64,000 nucleotides of DNA from Solirubrobacterales bacterium (GTDB lineage: Bacteria; Actinomycetota; Thermoleophilia; Solirubrobacterales; 70-9). The notes under the pieces were generated by a model. That model searched no databases. It was not told where the DNA came from and worked only from the letters and a program-made list of their open reading frames with translations. Of the stretch, positions 45,644 through 54,684 are shown piece by piece. The stretch is taken from assembly GCA_049585815.1 (NCBI GenBank), contig JBAVAR010000011.1:4919-68918 (forward strand). Direction: 5' to 3'. Positions within the stretch are counted from its first letter, which is position 1; each line of letters begins with the position of its first letter. The translations under genes and the position numbers were made by a program.

Positions 45644-46072
45644 ATGGGCAGGTCGGCAGATACATCACCGGTTGAACTCGTCGCTGAGCTCCATCGGCGC
45701 CAAGGTCGGATGTACGCGGGGGGTGCCGTCGAGCCGGTGCTTGAGCTGCTCTCCCCTGACATAATCTGGCATGTACCGGGCATAAGCCCCATTGCGGGCG
45801 ACCATCGTGGCTTCGCTCAGGTGGTCGAATACTTTGAACGGCGTCGCCGCCTTGCAAGCACGACGATGCGCATGCGGCCAGGCGTCGCGAACGTCTACGG
45901 CAATGCGGTGGTCCAGTGCGTCGAGGGCACCGCTGTCCTTAATCGTGAGCCGGTCAGCTGGCAGACTCTAGGAATCTACTGCATCGCCATCGAACAAGCC
46001 GCAATCCGAGAGGCGTGGCTCGTACCGCTTGACAGTGATCTGTTCGACCGCATCTGGTCAGGCTTTAATTGA
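45644..46072 (+). CDS. NTF2-like/SnoaL-like family protein
   Basis: 142 aa. ...LLSPDIIWHVPGISPIAGDHRGFAQVVEYFERR......VVQCVEGTAVLNREPVSWQTLGIYCI..AAIREAWLVPLD. Confidence 0.6.
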   Translation: MGRSADTSPVELVAELHRRQGRMYAGGAVEPVLELLSPDIIWHVPGISPIAGDHRGFAQVVEYFERRRRLASTTMRMRPGVANVYGNAVVQCVEGTAVLNREPVSWQTLGIYCIAIEQAAIREAWLVPLDSDLFDRIWSGFN

Positions 46073-46587
46073 CACCATTTGGGCAGGCAGGGCACCCGGG
46101 GGGTGACTTTCTCCACTTACTCGAGATCGAATACCAAACTTCCGTCGGGTGACCATTGACCACCTGACCTCCCTCTCGATACGATGGCGCTTAAAAGCCG
46201 ATCGGGTGTGATAAATGCATCACAAAATCCGACTGGATTTTTTGGCTGGCTGGCCTTCAGCGTGAACTCTACGGTGCCCGCTCGGCATTCGGGCCTGGGG
46301 ACATTCGCTAGGTTGGCATCGAGGCCACGCCTTCGAGGATGACCGCGTGTCATATCTTCGGGAACCAGCGGCAGTTAATGGTTCGGATGGCCTTCCGGAG
46401 GCGGACGGGATCGCCGTCCGCAAATTGCGTGCTCGGGGGTTCGGCCCATGCAGGCACCAGCAATACTTGGGCCCTCGATCTCACCGATGAAATCATACGA
46501 TCTCGAGGTCAAACGGCCCCCTTTCCATTTGACAGGGTGAAGGCCATTCGGAGCACTGATGACAACCCGCGAAAGGGGATTACGCAG

Positions 46588-47133
46588 ATGACACCGCCAA
46601 GCGTCACAGCCAGCATCACAACTGCTGAGCAAGATGTAAAGAAGTCGAGCGTGGTCAAGACGAGGCACAATCTCAATAGGGCTGTCCGGTTCAGCCCATC
46701 TGAGATCAGGCAAGCAATGAGCGAGGTGAAGGGCTTTAACGCCAAGCTCGCGGTTGTCATTACTCACGCCGTGGGTTCGATGGCGATGGCGTACATCTTC
46801 TGCCTGATTGCGCTGACGAGCCTTCCTGCCGTCCTGATTGAGGCGGGTGTACTGACCAAGAACGATGTCCCCAAGTTCTTGACGAAACCGGGCCTCATCC
46901 TGATCGTTGCGTGGATCGCGCAGACCTTCATCCAGCTCGTCCTGCTATCGATCATCATGGTTGGCCAAGATGTGCAGTCGATTGCATCCGATGCACGCGC
47001 CGAAAACACCTTCAAGGACACGCAGGCGATCATCGATGCTCTGAATACCGAAACAGAGGGTGGTCTGAGGACGATCCTCGAAGCGATTCAATCCCAGGCC
47101 AAGCCCGCTCAGCAGCCGGGTTCCGGGGGGTAG
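46588..47133 (+). CDS. Two-helix membrane protein, DUF1003 / low-affinity-iron-permease-like (tentative)
   Basis: ATG 46588 follows gaaagggga. ...FNAKLAVVITHAVGSMAMAYIFCLIALTSLPAVL...LILIVAWIAQTFIQLVLLSIIMVGQDVQSIASDARAENTFKDTQAIIDAL. The gene sits in a visibly lower-G+C stretch. Confidence 0.55.
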   Translation: MTPPSVTASITTAEQDVKKSSVVKTRHNLNRAVRFSPSEIRQAMSEVKGFNAKLAVVITHAVGSMAMAYIFCLIALTSLPAVLIEAGVLTKNDVPKFLTKPGLILIVAWIAQTFIQLVLLSIIMVGQDVQSIASDARAENTFKDTQAIIDALNTETEGGLRTILEAIQSQAKPAQQPGSGG

Positions 47134-47242
47134 CCGGAAGAATTGTTGCCGGCGAAATCAGGCGGTCGCTGCCCACGGGCGGCGCTCGCATCGGATTCTG
47201 GTTCCCGAGGATGAACTGAGGCCTCGCCAGATCAATGGGTTT

Positions 47243-47275
47243 GGCCGATCAGGGAAGGGGGAAGAATGATCGGCC
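47243..47275 (+). terminator. Candidate intrinsic terminator after 46588..47133
   Basis: The 9-bp stem GGCCGATCA (47243-51) / TGATCGGCC (47267-75) has a 15-nt loop and is followed by cccTTT. The U-tract is short, so this is weak. Confidence 0.35.
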
Positions 47276-47367
47276 CCCTTTAGCATCCGCTCCGGCCCCT
47301 CAGGATCCGGCCGGAACGTTGTAGGCTCAAGCTCGGCCACATCCACGAGACCTAAGGGGACGCTGGG

Positions 47368-48204
47368 TTGAGAGGACAAAGAGAAACGTTCATGCGGCCT
47401 GCCTCGGTTGAAGCGGAAATCACCGTTTCATTCCAGGCGATGCGCGCGGAGTTCTGGATGGTGGCGTCGTTGCTCGCCGCGGCGGGACTGGCGTGGTGGT
47501 GGACCGCTGTTCGCATGGTGGGGATGGATGGAGGCCCAGGCGCCGATCTGGGCGCGCTCGGCTGGTTCACCGGAGTCTGGGCCGTGATGATGGCAGCGAT
47601 GATGCTGCCGTCACTCGCCCCGACAGCAGCTGTTCATGCCGCATTGGTGCGTCGCAACCCCAGCCGGATTCTATTGTTTGCAGTTGGCTACCTTCTCGTT
47701 TGGAGTGCGGCTGGTATTGCGGCCTACGGATTGCTCAAGCTTGGCAGCGTGCTCTTGGCCACCCCCTTGGCATGGAACAGGGGTGGGCGCTGGTTTGCGG
47801 CGGGTGTTCTGATATTTGCTGCTCTTTATCAGCTGACGCCGATCAAGGGCACCTTCTTGCTGAGGTGCCGTTGCCCACTCCGATTCCTGCGCGCGACGTG
47901 GCGTGACGGCCGATCAGGGGCCCTTTTGATGGGCCTGCGCAATGGGAGTTGGTGCCTGGGTTGTTCTTGGGCCCTGATGGCTGCGCTTTTCGCCCTCGGC
48001 CTCATGAATCTCGCCTGGATGGTGTTGATTGCCGGGTTGGTGTCCCTTGAAAAGATCGGTCCGTGGGGACGTGCGGCGCGGGCTGCTACTGCTGGGATCC
48101 TCGCTGTGCTCGCGCTGGCACTTCTGACCGTTCCTCACGAGCTGCCGGGTCTCGTGGTTCCGGGCTCGCCCGGATCGACGGGCTCGATGAGGGCGATGGG
48201 ATAG
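47368..48204 (+). CDS. DUF2182 family (predicted metal-binding) integral membrane protein
   Basis: WFTGVWAVMMAAMMLPSLAP ... CRCPLRFLRATWRDGRSGALLMGLRNGSWCLGCSWALMAALFALGLMNLAWMVLIAGLVSLEK matches the DUF2182 signature blocks. The start may be ATG 47440. Confidence 0.8.
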   Translation: MRGQRETFMRPASVEAEITVSFQAMRAEFWMVASLLAAAGLAWWWTAVRMVGMDGGPGADLGALGWFTGVWAVMMAAMMLPSLAPTAAVHAALVRRNPSRILLFAVGYLLVWSAAGIAAYGLLKLGSVLLATPLAWNRGGRWFAAGVLIFAALYQLTPIKGTFLLRCRCPLRFLRATWRDGRSGALLMGLRNGSWCLGCSWALMAALFALGLMNLAWMVLIAGLVSLEKIGPWGRAARAATAGILAVLALALLTVPHELPGLVVPGSPGSTGSMRAMG

Positions 48205-48389
48205 GTCTCGCTAGCATCGAGTCGCTGGTTGGGTGCGAGCCCTGATACCCAGGCGCACCGTGCTGGGGGCTGAAAAGTGATCTGCCTCGGGCATTCGCGG
48301 CGGTCGGTGAAAGAGGATCTCGGCAGGGTCCATTAACGGAGGAGCCCCGGGTTTGAAACATGCCACGCGCAACACTAGACTGAGCACCG

Positions 48390-49127
48390 TTGCCCGAAGA
48401 TCCTGATATCCGGTTCCCCGGCGAGAGCGATGATTACCGCCTAGAGCGCAGCAGACTTCTCGAGGCTGAGGTCGAGCTGAGACGTGCGACCGAGCGGGTC
48501 GCAGCCCAACGGCGCGCGCTGCCGCCGGGCGGCGTGGTTCCGGAGAACTACAGGTTTGAGGAGGTTGCCTCCGGCGACGGGGAGGTGAGGTTGTCGGAGC
48601 TCTTCGCTGCGGGTACCGACACCCTCGTCGTTTACAGCTTCATGTTCCCGCGATTCTCCGGTGACTCCAGGCCGGGGCCCGATGGACAGACCGGAAAGCT
48701 CCCCCTCGCGGAGACTCCATGCGCGTCCTGCACATCAATCCTTGACTCACTCGATGGCGCTTCTCCTCATCTTGCCCAGCAGATCAATCTCATCGTGGTT
48801 GCAAAGTCTGCCCCCGAGCGAGTTCGCACCTTTGCTCAGGAGCGTGGGTGGAAAAACCTGCGCCTACTTTCATCGCGGAACAACACCTACAACCGTGATT
48901 ATCACGCCGAAACAGGAGACGGTGAGCAGATCCCCATCCTGAACGTGTTCGTACGGGATGGCGACCAGATCCGGCATGCATGGGCCACGGAGCTCATGTT
49001 TGCACCTCGTGATGAGGGTGAGGATCCACGCCATGTCGATTCAATCTGGCCGATTTGGAGCGTGCTCGACATGACCCCGGGGGGCAGGACGACCAGGTCA
49101 GATATTCCAAAGCTGGCCTACCAATAG
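48390..49127 (+). CDS. DUF899 thioredoxin-like family protein
   Basis: TTG start. ...ESDDYRLERSRLLEAEVELRR...LPPGG.VPENYRFEE...LVVYSFMF.......PCASCTSILDSLDG..PHLAQQINLIVVAKSAPERVRTFAQERGWKNLRLLSS..NTYNRDY. Confidence 0.8.
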   Translation: MPEDPDIRFPGESDDYRLERSRLLEAEVELRRATERVAAQRRALPPGGVVPENYRFEEVASGDGEVRLSELFAAGTDTLVVYSFMFPRFSGDSRPGPDGQTGKLPLAETPCASCTSILDSLDGASPHLAQQINLIVVAKSAPERVRTFAQERGWKNLRLLSSRNNTYNRDYHAETGDGEQIPILNVFVRDGDQIRHAWATELMFAPRDEGEDPRHVDSIWPIWSVLDMTPGGRTTRSDIPKLAYQ

Positions 49128-49199
49128 GCTGCACATTGTGCGAAGCAGAGATTGGCCCCGACCCCGACTCTAAGCTGCCGAGGAGTTGGTGTGACGGAC

Positions 49200-49625
49200 C
49201 TAGAACACCTGTTTTTGGAGGAATCCGGCAACCAGGACCAGCCAACCGCCAATCTCAGCCACAATCAGCGTCACCATGAAGGAATGCGTTCCGGGTGCGG
49301 GCTCTCGGAACATGTTGTCGGTGTCGCGCTTCAGACCGTGGATGGCATATCCAGCAGTTGCCGCAAAGAAGTAGAGAGTCATGGCGCCGGCGGCAAGCAG
49401 ATTAACGAGGCCGCTCCAACCGCTCAGCTCGACGAAGGTCGCGATCAGAAGCAGGGCAAAGCTGTACAAAAGGGCCGCTCGATGCGCTATATCCACATAG
49501 GGATGGGCTTGGTGGGTCTCGGAGCTGACGATCTGGCGGAACTTCCAAACTCCGAGCAGCAGCGCGAAGAGGAACATCAGCGCGTCGGCCACTAAGACGG
49601 CTTTGGTGTCGGTGGCCAGGGTCAC
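49200..49625 (-). CDS. Integral membrane protein (4 helices), function unknown
   Basis: 141 aa. ...AVLVADALMFLFALLLGVW...AALLYSFALLLIATFVELSGW...LLAAGAMTLYFFAATAGYAI...FMVTLIVAEIGGWLVLVAGFL. Confidence 0.7.
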   Translation of the reverse strand: MTLATDTKAVLVADALMFLFALLLGVWKFRQIVSSETHQAHPYVDIAHRAALLYSFALLLIATFVELSGWSGLVNLLAAGAMTLYFFAATAGYAIHGLKRDTDNMFREPAPGTHSFMVTLIVAEIGGWLVLVAGFLQKQVF

Positions 49626-49670
49626 TTGGGGACCACATATCCAGCCCGCTCCCCGCCAGCAGGCTTCATC

Positions 49671-50321
49671 TCATCCGTCACTCGGCTTGGGGGGTCGGAG
49701 CATCAACCGCAGCGGTGGGCTGCCGAAGACGCGGAGCTCGCGGGTTACGTGGAAGCCGAGCCGCTCATAGAGCACCGCATTGCGCTCGCTCGATGCCTCG
49801 AGATATGCCGGTAACCCCTCGCGGTCGCAGCGGTCAAGGACCATCCCAAGTAGGGAGCTGCCGATGCCTTGCCCCTGCACGCGCGGCAGTACGCCGACAT
49901 CGCGCACGTAGTAGTGGGATTCGCGCACGCCGCGGGTGTGGTGCCATTCCATTGCCGCGCCCAACCTCGCCGCACGCCACAGGTAGACGCCGAAAGCGCT
50001 GCCCTCCATCAGGGTTGCCTGAAGGGGTGAGCGCCAGGCGCGCGGCGGCATGACTATCACCGCGCCGGTTCGCTCGCTGGTGGTAAAAACGCCGCCCCGC
50101 GGCGGGCCCATGTGGCGCAGCTCCAGCGCGAAAAAGCGGCGCAGCCGGGCCTCCCTTCTGCGATCGTCCGGCATCAGCCAGCCGAAGACCGGATCGTCCA
50201 AAAAGGCCTTCGCCAGCACGGAGGTCAGATGATTCATATCGTCTGCGTTTGCCGGCCGCAGGCCAGGGTCGGCCTGTCCGTAAGATGTACCGCGGTCTGC
50301 GCTGGGTGGCGCCTCAGGCAT
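49671..50321 (-). CDS. GNAT family N-acetyltransferase
   Basis: From ATG 50321: ...RPANADDMNHLTSVLAKAFLDDPVFGWLMP...HYYVRDVGVLPRVQGQGIGSSLLGMVLDRCDREGLPAYLEASSERNAVLYERLGFHV (Q/RxxGxG/A motif A). Its start overlaps the TetR stop as ATGCCTGA (50314-50321). Confidence 0.8.
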   Translation of the reverse strand: MPEAPPSADRGTSYGQADPGLRPANADDMNHLTSVLAKAFLDDPVFGWLMPDDRRREARLRRFFALELRHMGPPRGGVFTTSERTGAVIVMPPRAWRSPLQATLMEGSAFGVYLWRAARLGAAMEWHHTRGVRESHYYVRDVGVLPRVQGQGIGSSLLGMVLDRCDREGLPAYLEASSERNAVLYERLGFHVTRELRVFGSPPLRLMLRPPKPSDG

Positions 50322-51018
50322 CACTGCCCCCCTTTTCTTGCTTTCCTCCGGCCCGGCCACCAAGGCTGGGATCCGCCGCGGAGCTGCTCTCGCGTACCAA
50401 CGCTTCGAAGGCCTTAAACACAAGGGCGAGCATCTCTCCAAACAGCGGATCCGGGACCGCATCGGGGCTGAGCAGCTTCTCCAATGCGAGTCCGTTTCCA
50501 AGCGCGCTGATGAAGAGCCCAAGGTGCTCACCGGCCCCGGCCTCGGCTGGAAATCCTGCTCGCTGTGCGGCCTCCGAGGCTACCTGGGCACTCCCGGAGC
50601 GAAGCGTCGCGAAGAGTCCGGCGAGGCGCTCCCTCAGGCGTGGCTCACGAACTGCGTATGCCCAGAACTCGATCAGGAGGGGAAAGTAATTCGGGCGCTC
50701 GCGCAAAATCAGCATCCAATGATCGCCCGCCCCGCGGGCCTGCTCCTCCAGCGTGGCGCCTGCCGCGACGATCTCGGAGTATTCCCCAATATCGGAGGCA
50801 ATCCGCTCCTCAAAAAGTGCGAGAAATAGATTCTCCTTACCGGCAAAGTTGGAATAAAGAGCGCCGGTCGTCGCGCCGGCCTCCCGCGCGATCTCCTCCA
50901 TCGAGGCTCCGTGGAATCCATGTCGAGCGAACACCTTTTCGGCCGCATCGAGGACCCGACGGCGGGTCAGTTCCCGCTGTTCGTCGCGGAGAGACGGTTG
51001 CGTGAAAGCCTCTGGCAT
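50314..51018 (-). CDS. TetR/AcrR family transcriptional regulator
   Basis: RELTRRRVLDAAEKVFARHGFHGASMEEIAREAGATTGALYSNFAGKENLFLALFE is the canonical TetR HTH. Confidence 0.9.
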   Translation of the reverse strand: MPEAFTQPSLRDEQRELTRRRVLDAAEKVFARHGFHGASMEEIAREAGATTGALYSNFAGKENLFLALFEERIASDIGEYSEIVAAGATLEEQARGAGDHWMLILRERPNYFPLLIEFWAYAVREPRLRERLAGLFATLRSGSAQVASEAAQRAGFPAEAGAGEHLGLFISALGNGLALEKLLSPDAVPDPLFGEMLALVFKAFEALVRESSSAADPSLGGRAGGKQEKGGSDA

Positions 51019-51027
51019 CGAGCGATT

Positions 51028-51056
51028 AGTATCTCAGATAGCAAACCTTATGTCAA
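51028..51056 (-). promoter_or_regulatory. Candidate promoter of the TetR-GNAT pair (near-leaderless), with an overlapping small palindrome
   Basis: The minus strand reads TTGACA (51056-51051), 17 nt, GATACT (51033-51028), 9 nt, ATG (51018). The palindrome TATCTGAGATA spans the spacer/-10 junction. The prediction rests on the motif only. Confidence 0.4.
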
Positions 51057-51196
51057 ATATTGACCCCGAGGAACGGTTGGTGTGGGTGGCTGCTCGTCGG
51101 CGACGGATTAACGACCACAGGCAATGCACGTCCTCACGAAACTCCGAGCCAGCGGTGGGCGACGCAGACGCCGGGTTCACCAAAGCGCCAGCTTCA

Positions 51197-51220
51197 CAAA
51201 AGGGCCTGCCTCCGGCCCCT
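51197..51220 (-). terminator. Candidate intrinsic terminator after the ACAD gene (end of the thiolase-fabG4-htdX-fadE operon)
   Basis: The minus strand reads aaaaaaggacaaGGGGCCggaggcaGGCCCTtttgtg. That gives a 5-6-bp GC stem and a 7-nt loop, then a U-tract, starting 23 nt after stop 51241-43. The A-run upstream makes it roughly symmetric. Confidence 0.45.
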
Positions 51221-51240
51221 TGTCCTTTTTTGGCGACGTC

Positions 51241-52446
51241 CTAGCGAAGTTCGGCGGAACTCTTGCCCAGCAATTGCCGGGCAACGATCAGCAGCTGGAT
51301 CTGCTGGGTGCCCTCGAAGATGTCGAGGATCTTTGCATCGCGCGCCCACTTCTCCAGCAGCTCGGTCTCGCTGTAGCCGACGCTGCCGCAGAGCTCCACG
51401 CAGCCGAGTGTGACCTCAACGCAGGTGGACCCGGCCTTCGCCTTTGCCATTGAGGCCTGCAGCGAGTTCGGCCTGCCGTTGTCAGCCATCCACGCCGCCT
51501 GCAGGGTGAGAAGGCGCGCCGCCTCATAGTCGGCCTCCAATTCCGCGAAGCGGGCCGCGGCCGCCGCTTGGGAAAGGAGGGGCGCATCGTCGCCGATCTC
51601 GATCCCCACTTCCTCGAGGTGCCCTCGCGTCTGTTCCAGCGCAGCACGGGTGACGCCGACGGCCATCGCCGCGACCAGCGGTCGGGTGTTATCGAAGGTC
51701 TGCATCGCCCCACCGAATCCCTGCTTGGTGTCGATCTCTGGACTGCCGAGCAGCGCCTCCCTCGGCACCCTGCAGTCCTGCAAGGTGAAGTTTGCGGTAT
51801 CAGATGCCCGGATCCCCAGCTTGTGCTCCAGCCGGTCGAGCTTAAGCCCGGGGTTGTCTCGCTCGACAATGAAGGACTTGATCGCCGCCCTACCCTTTGA
51901 GCGGTCGAGCGTCGCCCAGACCACAATCAGGTCGGCGCGATCGCCTGAGGTGACGAAGATCTTCTCGCCATTAAGGACGTACTCCTCGCCGATCAGCTCG
52001 GCCGTTGTGCGGATCGCCGCTGAATCCGAACCCGCCTCAGGCTCGGTGATTGCCATAGCGGCCCACTTCCCACCGTAGCGCTCCAACTGCTCATCACTTG
52101 CCACCGAAGCGATTGCTGAATTTCCAAGGCCCTGCCGCGGCAGGGAGAGCAACAGCCCCAGGTCGCCCCAGCAGAGCTCAATGATCCCCAGCACCGTGGA
52201 GAGATTGGAGCCGTTGCGATTCTCGCCGTCCTCATTGGCGTCCCGCCGCACCCCCGCCGCGCCGGAGGCGCTTTCGGCTCCCTCGTTCATCCCGTCGATC
52301 AGCGAGGCCAGCATGTCTAGCTCTTTCGGATAGGTGTGCTCTGCCTCGTCGTACTTGCGAGAGATCGGGCGGAAGACCTCCGCTGCGACCTGGTGGGCCT
52401 GGTCGACGAGTGGCTTGAACTTCTTTGGCGTCTCAAGATCGATCAT
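51241..52446 (-). CDS. Acyl-CoA dehydrogenase
   Basis: 401 aa. ...WAAMAITEPEAGSDSAAIRTTA...NGEKIFVTSG...GFGGAMQTFDNTRPLVAAMAVG...YSETELLEKWARDAKILDIFEGTQQIQ are classical ACAD blocks. SD GAGGAG lies in the 22-nt gap from the upstream ACAD. Confidence 0.9.
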   Translation of the reverse strand: MIDLETPKKFKPLVDQAHQVAAEVFRPISRKYDEAEHTYPKELDMLASLIDGMNEGAESASGAAGVRRDANEDGENRNGSNLSTVLGIIELCWGDLGLLLSLPRQGLGNSAIASVASDEQLERYGGKWAAMAITEPEAGSDSAAIRTTAELIGEEYVLNGEKIFVTSGDRADLIVVWATLDRSKGRAAIKSFIVERDNPGLKLDRLEHKLGIRASDTANFTLQDCRVPREALLGSPEIDTKQGFGGAMQTFDNTRPLVAAMAVGVTRAALEQTRGHLEEVGIEIGDDAPLLSQAAAAARFAELEADYEAARLLTLQAAWMADNGRPNSLQASMAKAKAGSTCVEVTLGCVELCGSVGYSETELLEKWARDAKILDIFEGTQQIQLLIVARQLLGKSSAELR

Positions 52447-52468
52447 CTTCTGGTCTCCTCACCACTGG

Positions 52469-53797
52469 CTATACGAGCAGGGCGCCCTCCATCACGCCAG
52501 CTGCTCGCAGGTCGCGGTACCAGCGCTCTACGGGGTGCTCCTTGACGTAGCCATGGCCGCCGAGAAGTTGGACGCCGTTGGAGCCGATCATCATTCCCTT
52601 CGCGGCGCAGAGTCGGCGCGCCAACGCTGACTCGTGAGCAAAGCTCCTACCCTGATCGGCGCGACTCGCGGCACGGTAGGTGGCAAGCCGCATCCCTTCC
52701 AGCTCGATCGCAATGCTCGAGACCGCAAATGCAACGCCCTGGCGGTTGGCGAGCGGCTCACCGAATGCGGTGCGCTGACCCACATACGGGATCACATAGT
52801 CGAGCACCGCCTGTGCGGTACCGATCGCCAGGGCGCACCAGCCGATCCGCGAGCGCTGCACGCAATCCGCATAGGAATCGCGGCCCCCCTCCCCCAATAG
52901 CGCGCCGGCGGGAGCCCTGACGCCCTCGAGGATCAGCCGCCCCGTGCCCGCCGGGCGCAGGCCCATCGCCGGCTCAGGCTCAACCGAGAGACCGCCGCCT
53001 CCGGACTCGAGCAAAAAGAGCGCCGGGCCGTGGCCCTCCGCCTCGGCGGCGACGATGAAGAGCTCGCATGCCCCCGGCCGGGCGACCAGCGACTTGACGC
53101 CCTCGAGAATCCAATCTCCTCGATCGCGACGGGCGGTGGTCGACAGTCTGAACGGATCGAACAGCGGTGTTGGCTCGAGCATCGCCAGCGCCGCACCCGG
53201 TACGTCCTCGCCAACGAATGCGGGCAGGTAGGTCGCCTCCTGCTCGGCGGTCCCCCAGCGTCCGATTGCTGAGGCCACCGCGCCGGGGGCGAGCGCCGCG
53301 TATGCGATCCCCAGATCGCCGTGGGCAAGGGCCTCGCCGACCAACACCGCCGTGACAGCCGCTTGCTCGGGCATCACGCCACCAACCTCCTCGGGAATGC
53401 CGAGCATGTTCACGCCGAGCTCGTTGACCTGTGCAAGCAACTCCGCCGCCGTTGTGCACTCCTCGTCGGCCGCCAGCGCTGCCGGCCTCACCTTCGCCTC
53501 GGCGAAGTCGCGAACCGCCTCCTGGAAGAACTGCTGCTCGTCATCGGGGGTGATATCGAACAGCCCCCTCGGTTTGCCGGCTCTCTGACGGGCGGGTTTG
53601 CCCAGTCTCTGCGCTGCCTTGAAGGTGCGCCCAGCTGCGCTCGCGGTGCGGAAGCCGTTCTTGCTGGCCATGAAGACGAGTCGCTCAGCCTGCTTGCGCA
53701 GGCCCACCCGGTCAAGAAGGCTCGAGCCGGCGAGTTGATTGAGGGCCCGCAACCCGAGGCCCATGCTGCGGTCGGCGACGGTGTCGGCCCTCCTCAT
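52469..53797 (-). CDS. Acyl-CoA dehydrogenase family protein with N-terminal extension
   Basis: I place the start at ATG 53797, overlapping the htdX-like stop as ATGA. ...GVNMLGIPEEVGG...ALAMLEP....WILEGVKSLVARPG...QRTAFGEPLANRQGVAF...LGGHGYVKEHPVERWYRDLR. Confidence 0.85.
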   Translation of the reverse strand: MRRADTVADRSMGLGLRALNQLAGSSLLDRVGLRKQAERLVFMASKNGFRTASAAGRTFKAAQRLGKPARQRAGKPRGLFDITPDDEQQFFQEAVRDFAEAKVRPAALAADEECTTAAELLAQVNELGVNMLGIPEEVGGVMPEQAAVTAVLVGEALAHGDLGIAYAALAPGAVASAIGRWGTAEQEATYLPAFVGEDVPGAALAMLEPTPLFDPFRLSTTARRDRGDWILEGVKSLVARPGACELFIVAAEAEGHGPALFLLESGGGGLSVEPEPAMGLRPAGTGRLILEGVRAPAGALLGEGGRDSYADCVQRSRIGWCALAIGTAQAVLDYVIPYVGQRTAFGEPLANRQGVAFAVSSIAIELEGMRLATYRAASRADQGRSFAHESALARRLCAAKGMMIGSNGVQLLGGHGYVKEHPVERWYRDLRAAGVMEGALLV

Positions 53798-54684
53798 CCC
53801 TTCAGGCTCCCTTCCAAGTGCGGTGATCTTCTTGTCGAGTCTCTGACGAAGAAACGCAACTGGCCATCGGTCTCCTGGCTGCCGAACGCGACCCTTGCCG
53901 GCAGCACGATCGGGCGGCGGAACTTGACCGCGATCGTCAAGGCGTTGGGAAGGCGGCTCTCCAGGGCAGCCAGGCATCGCGCCATGGTCCACATTCCGTG
54001 GGCGATTGCGCCGGGGAAGCCGAGTGCCTTAGCACTAAGTGAGTACATGTGGATCGGATTACGATCACCAGAGACCGCGGCGTAGCGTCGACCGAGATCG
54101 CCGTCAAGGCGCCACTCAGCGCTGGCGGGGAAGGACTCCGCGTCGATCGGGTCCCCTTTGTGGTTCGGTTTCGCGCTGACAGACGTCTCCCCACCTCCTC
54201 GGTGCAGCATCGTGCTTGTGCTCTGCCAGACCTTCTCTCCATCGGCGCTCACCTCGGTCAGCAAAGAGAAGGTGCGGCCCATACGGTGGGGCATGAGTTT
54301 CGTTGGCTCGACATCCAGTTCCAGCTCCTCGCCAATCTCGATCCGCCGGCGCTGCTCGATTCGGTTCTCGATGTGAATGAGCCCGACCGCACCGAAGGGG
54401 AATCCCCCGTCAGCCATCACCGCCATGTGGAGAGGAAAGGCAAGCACGTGCGGGAAGGTGGGAGGGAGATGGTCGCGGAGAGCGAAGCCGCAGACCCTCG
54501 CGTAGGAGGCGAGCGCCTTGGGCTTTGCTCGGACCCCGGCAAGCTTCAGGTCCAAAGGGGGGATCTCACCGCCTCCACCTGGCAGGAAGGGCAACAGCGA
54601 GGCGCCGGGGATCAGCGGTGCCGCGGCGCGAACGTACAGCGGCAAGACGCTGGGGGAGCGCTCCAGGATGCGGGTGCTCATCAC
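53794..54684 (-). CDS. htdX: MaoC-like 3-hydroxyacyl-thioester dehydratase (HtdX-like double hot-dog)
   Basis: 296 aa. The C-terminal half reads YAAVSGDRNPIHMYSLSAKALGFPGAIAHGMWTMARCLA (MaoC motif). The GTG start overlaps the fabG4-like stop (54681-84). Gene order after a FabG4-type reductase is as in M. tuberculosis Rv0242c-Rv0241c, from my recollection. Confidence 0.75.
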   Translation of the reverse strand: MMSTRILERSPSVLPLYVRAAAPLIPGASLLPFLPGGGGEIPPLDLKLAGVRAKPKALASYARVCGFALRDHLPPTFPHVLAFPLHMAVMADGGFPFGAVGLIHIENRIEQRRRIEIGEELELDVEPTKLMPHRMGRTFSLLTEVSADGEKVWQSTSTMLHRGGGETSVSAKPNHKGDPIDAESFPASAEWRLDGDLGRRYAAVSGDRNPIHMYSLSAKALGFPGAIAHGMWTMARCLAALESRLPNALTIAVKFRRPIVLPARVAFGSQETDGQLRFFVRDSTRRSPHLEGSLKG

